Shown: positions 61,139 to 64,000 of the stretch, in pieces
How positions within the stretch are numbered: the stretch's first letter is position 1
Layout: the number at the start of each line of letters is the position of its first letter
NCBI GenBank assembly: GCA_963704165.1
Contig: CAVPHD010000003.1
Coordinates: forward strand, 512,001 to 576,000
Source: an uncultured delta proteobacterium
GTDB taxonomy: Bacteria > Myxococcota_A > UBA9160 > SZUA-336
DNA length: 64,000 nucleotides
Reading direction: 5' to 3'
Notes under the pieces: model-generated
What the model was told of the DNA's origin: nothing
What the model saw: only the letters and a program-made list of their open reading frames with translations
The model's database searches: none
Position numbers and translations under genes: made by a program

Positions 61139-62338
61139 TCAGCTCCTCTGCGCGGCCGCGTCGCGCGGCAGGCCGAGGCCGCGCTCGCCGATCACGTTTC
61201 GCTGGACGTTGGCCGTCCCGCCCGCAATCGCGGACCCGAGCGACCAGATGACCTGGCCGACCCACTGGCTGTTCTCGCGCGGAGCCCCGGGCCTGCGCTC
61301 GCCGACCTCGAGCAGACCATCGTCGCCGATCAGGTCGAGGCCGATCTTCGCCATCTCCTGCCCGAGGTTCGTCGACATCAGCTTGTTCATGAGCCCGATC
61401 CGCCCCGGGTCCTGCGCCTTCGAGGCCTTCGTCAGCTGCCGGTACCCGGAATACTGATGCGAGCGGACGTAGCCCTCGAGCTGAACCAGACGCTGGCGGA
61501 TTCCCGGGTCGTCGATCGCGGGCCGGCCATCGCGCAGCGTGCGCTTCGCGAGCGAGACCAGTCCCTGGAACATCATCACGGTGTTGGCCGCGTCGCCGAT
61601 CATGTTGCGCTCGTGCTTCAGCGTCGTGCGCGAGACGATCCAACCCTCGCCGCGTTTGCCGACGATCCAGTCGACCGGTGTGCGCGCGTCCGTGAAGAAG
61701 ACCTCGTTGAAATCCGAGGAACCCGTCATCTGGCGAAGCGGCCGGACCTCGATTCCCGGCTGCTTCATCGAGAGCAGCAGGTACGAGATTCCCGCGTGCT
61801 TCTGCGCGTCACGCTCGGTGCGGCAGAGACAGAACATGTAATCGGCGACGTGCGCGCCGCTGGTCCAGATCTTCTGGCCGTTGATCACCCATTCGTCGCC
61901 CACGATCTCGGCGCGCGTCTGCAGCGACGCGAGGTCGCTTCCCGATCCCGGCTCGCTGTAGCCCTGGCACCAGATGACCTCGCCGCGGATCGTCGGGCCG
62001 ATGAACTTCTCCCTTTGCCACTCGGTGCCCTTCTCGAGCAGCGTCGGAACGAGCATGCTCGGACCGATTCCGGCCAGATCACCGGGCGCACGCGCGCGGA
62101 AGAACTCCTCGCGGATGATTTGCGCCTTCAGGACGTCGGCGGGTTGCTCCGATCCCCCGTACCGCTTCGGAATCGAACGCGCGAGATAGCCCGCCTCGAT
62201 CGCACGTCCTCGAAAGATCGACGCCTTCTGACCGGACGGCAGCGCTGCCTCGGCTCCCTGCAATGGCCAGCTCGTGCTCAGGAACGTCGAGACCTCGGAA
62301 CGGAACGCCTCGTACTCCGCACTGTAGGAGAGATCCAT
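61139..62338 (-). CDS. Acyl-CoA dehydrogenase (alpha-type subunit)
   Basis: WCQGYSEPGSGSDLASL, NGQKIWTS, FNEVFF, LKHER, IAGGTANVQRNVIGERGLGLP. Confidence 0.92.
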   Translation of the reverse strand: MDLSYSAEYEAFRSEVSTFLSTSWPLQGAEAALPSGQKASIFRGRAIEAGYLARSIPKRYGGSEQPADVLKAQIIREEFFRARAPGDLAGIGPSMLVPTLLEKGTEWQREKFIGPTIRGEVIWCQGYSEPGSGSDLASLQTRAEIVGDEWVINGQKIWTSGAHVADYMFCLCRTERDAQKHAGISYLLLSMKQPGIEVRPLRQMTGSSDFNEVFFTDARTPVDWIVGKRGEGWIVSRTTLKHERNMIGDAANTVMMFQGLVSLAKRTLRDGRPAIDDPGIRQRLVQLEGYVRSHQYSGYRQLTKASKAQDPGRIGLMNKLMSTNLGQEMAKIGLDLIGDDGLLEVGERRPGAPRENSQWVGQVIWSLGSAIAGGTANVQRNVIGERGLGLPRDAAAQRS

Positions 62339-62405
62339 CGAACACCTCTGGGTGGGGTACCCGAGGGCGCAGTCTATCATGGGGTCGCGACGCGCTTCCG
62401 AGGGC

Positions 62406-63017
62406 CTAGCCGGAGATGTCGTGGAGCGCGCCGAGCGATTCGATGCGAGTGTCGCCGTCGATCCGCAAGCCGACGAAGTGCACGCCCGCGCCGCCCGCGG
62501 CCTCGCGGTCGTAACGGGAGTCACCGACGACGATCGCCTCGGCGTTCGAGACGCGAAGCCTGCGACAGGCCTCGTGAACCATGTCCGGCGCGGGCTTCGC
62601 GTTCGGCACGTCGGTTCCGCCGACGACGGTGTCGAGCTCGAGCGCTGCGGCGCCGAGGATCTCGCGCGCGAGCGGAGACGGCGTGTTCGTGATCAGCGCC
62701 TGTCGGAATCCCCGGCGTCGCAGCGCGTCGGTCACATCGCGCGCGTCCGGATCCACGCGCAGGTGCTGCACGTGGTCCATGAAGTGCGCGTGGTAGTGAG
62801 CTTCCGTCTCGGCGATCGTCTTGTGCGGAAAGAAACGCTCGACGTCCGCGGCGATGCCCTGCCCCCAGCCGTCGCGCATGACCTCGCGCGTGATCGGAAC
62901 TCCACCGAAGTCGCGCGAGGTCTGGTTCAAGAGGTGGAACCAGACCTCGTAGCTGTCGATCAGCACGCCATCGAGGTCCCAGAGGACGGCGCGGACGCCT
63001 AGTGGAAAGCGCTGCAC
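62406..63017 (-). CDS. HAD-superfamily hydrolase (phosphoglycolate phosphatase-like)
   Basis: WDLDGVLIDS, ITN, KPAPD, VGDSRYD. Confidence 0.9.
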   Translation of the reverse strand: MQRFPLGVRAVLWDLDGVLIDSYEVWFHLLNQTSRDFGGVPITREVMRDGWGQGIAADVERFFPHKTIAETEAHYHAHFMDHVQHLRVDPDARDVTDALRRRGFRQALITNTPSPLAREILGAAALELDTVVGGTDVPNAKPAPDMVHEACRRLRVSNAEAIVVGDSRYDREAAGGAGVHFVGLRIDGDTRIESLGALHDISG

Positions 63018-64000
63018 GTCGATGCGGGTGGATCGTGCCGCAGGAGCACGCGAGAGCTGTTCAAGAGCGTCTTGCCGCCGAAGGTCGCGCAGAACCGCTG
63101 TCCGCCGTCGCCGATCGCGAGCTGCACGAAGATCCCTCCCCGGGCCGGAAGCTCGAGACCGATCGCGCGGCCCAGGCAGTTCGCACGCACCGAGGTCGTG
63201 GTGATCACGACCGAGTGACACGGGTCGGCGTCGCTTCCGGCGCCGCGGTAGCGATAGCCGAAGGGGGTCTCGAGTCCGAGGCGCTTCCAGCCCTTGCGGG
63301 GCAACGCGATCTCGAGCTCGCCGTGGTGCTCGAGATCGACGACGCGGAGCACCGCGCCCTCGATCGTCGGATCACTCTCCGGACTCGAAGGTGAATCACG
63401 CGCGATCCGCTCCGAGTGAAGTCGCAGGAGCCGCTCCGGCACGATCACGAGCGATCCGCCCCCGAGCATGACCTCCCAGTCGCTGTCGCGGCGGATCTCG
63501 ACCGCCTGCTCGATCACGTTGTTCGTCTCGTCGGCCTCGTCGATCTCGGAGCCGGGATCGACGGTGACGCGAAGCGCGTACGTTCCCGACGGCACGTCGG
63601 TGATCTCGATGTACTGGCAGCCGAGATAGGACGGGTAGATGTCCCAACATCCCGCATAGAGACCCTGGTTCGTGCAGGTGTGACGGAGCGAGGGGCCGAT
63701 ACACCCGCTCTCGGCCAGGCAGAAGCTCCGCTTTCCACCGATGCCGACTTGCGCGCCGTGCGAATCGATCAGCTCGTAGCGCAGGAAGTTCCCGTAGTGC
63801 GGATGGCCGTGCCCTCCCGCCGGACTGCAGATGAACCTCGAATCCGCGCAGGCCGCGCCGGGGTACGAGGCGCAGAACGGACAGCGCGGATCACCGAACG
63901 TGAGATCGCCGGGACCGTCGTTGCGCGTCGTGAGCGCGAGGCGCAGCAGGTCGAGCCCTTCCGTCGCCGTCGCGCATCCCTCCGCAACGTCGCCCGGGGA
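62999..64000 (-). CDS. Lysyl oxidase-domain protein (5' truncated by window edge)
   Basis: Frame open from 64000: LLRL...NDGPGDL, HGHPHY, GKRSFCL, QGLYAGCWDIY, CQYIEITDVPSGTYALRVTVDP...EADETNN. Confidence 0.85.
   Translation of the reverse strand, partial: SPGDVAEGCATATEGLDLLRLALTTRNDGPGDLTFGDPRCPFCASYPGAACADSRFICSPAGGHGHPHYGNFLRYELIDSHGAQVGIGGKRSFCLAESGCIGPSLRHTCTNQGLYAGCWDIYPSYLGCQYIEITDVPSGTYALRVTVDPGSEIDEADETNNVIEQAVEIRRDSDWEVMLGGGSLVIVPERLLRLHSERIARDSPSSPESDPTIEGAVLRVVDLEHHGELEIALPRKGWKRLGLETPFGYRYRGAGSDADPCHSVVITTTSVRANCLGRAIGLELPARGGIFVQLAIGDGGQRFCATFGGKTLLNSSRVLLRHDPPASTCSAFH

Noticed and set aside
1..64000. tRNA, rRNA, CRISPR arrays, IS elements, integrases, prophage, defence systems; abundant CTCGAG/TCGA words
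   Set aside because: No such elements recognised by eye; the frequent words follow from Leu-Glu and Ile/Val-Glu/Asp codon usage

Overview
High-GC (about 70%) bacterial chromosomal region with about 62 densely packed genes. The gene content suggests a Myxococcota/deltaproteobacterial-type organism, but this is inference. I see no rRNA, tRNA, CRISPR array or mobile element. Lipid and acyl-CoA catabolism dominates: seven acyl-CoA dehydrogenases including two tandem pairs, three crotonases, a CoA ligase, a CoA transferase and an F420-type LLM enzyme. Housekeeping genes include lhr, argC, cysH, tag, rpmG, ctaA/ctaB, rfbA, plsB, fdhD and galM. There are also envelope-modifying and secreted enzymes (arylsulfatase, PHP hydrolase, bacterial lysyl oxidase). 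About nine genes carry small frameshifts that look like long-read indels. The best leads are: (1) an unannotated sRNA at about 32285-32395 with a sigma-28-type promoter, whose G-rich loop motif recurs at about 48440; (2) pervasive leaderless gene architecture, including rpmG; (3) a candidate Sec+Tat dual-targeted aldo/keto reductase-FeS membrane protein; (4) an orphan imuA/recA-like gene with a direct-repeat operator in its promoter; (5) a structured leader or ncRNA at about 41215-41370; (6) a lysyl oxidase with an intact-looking cofactor site.
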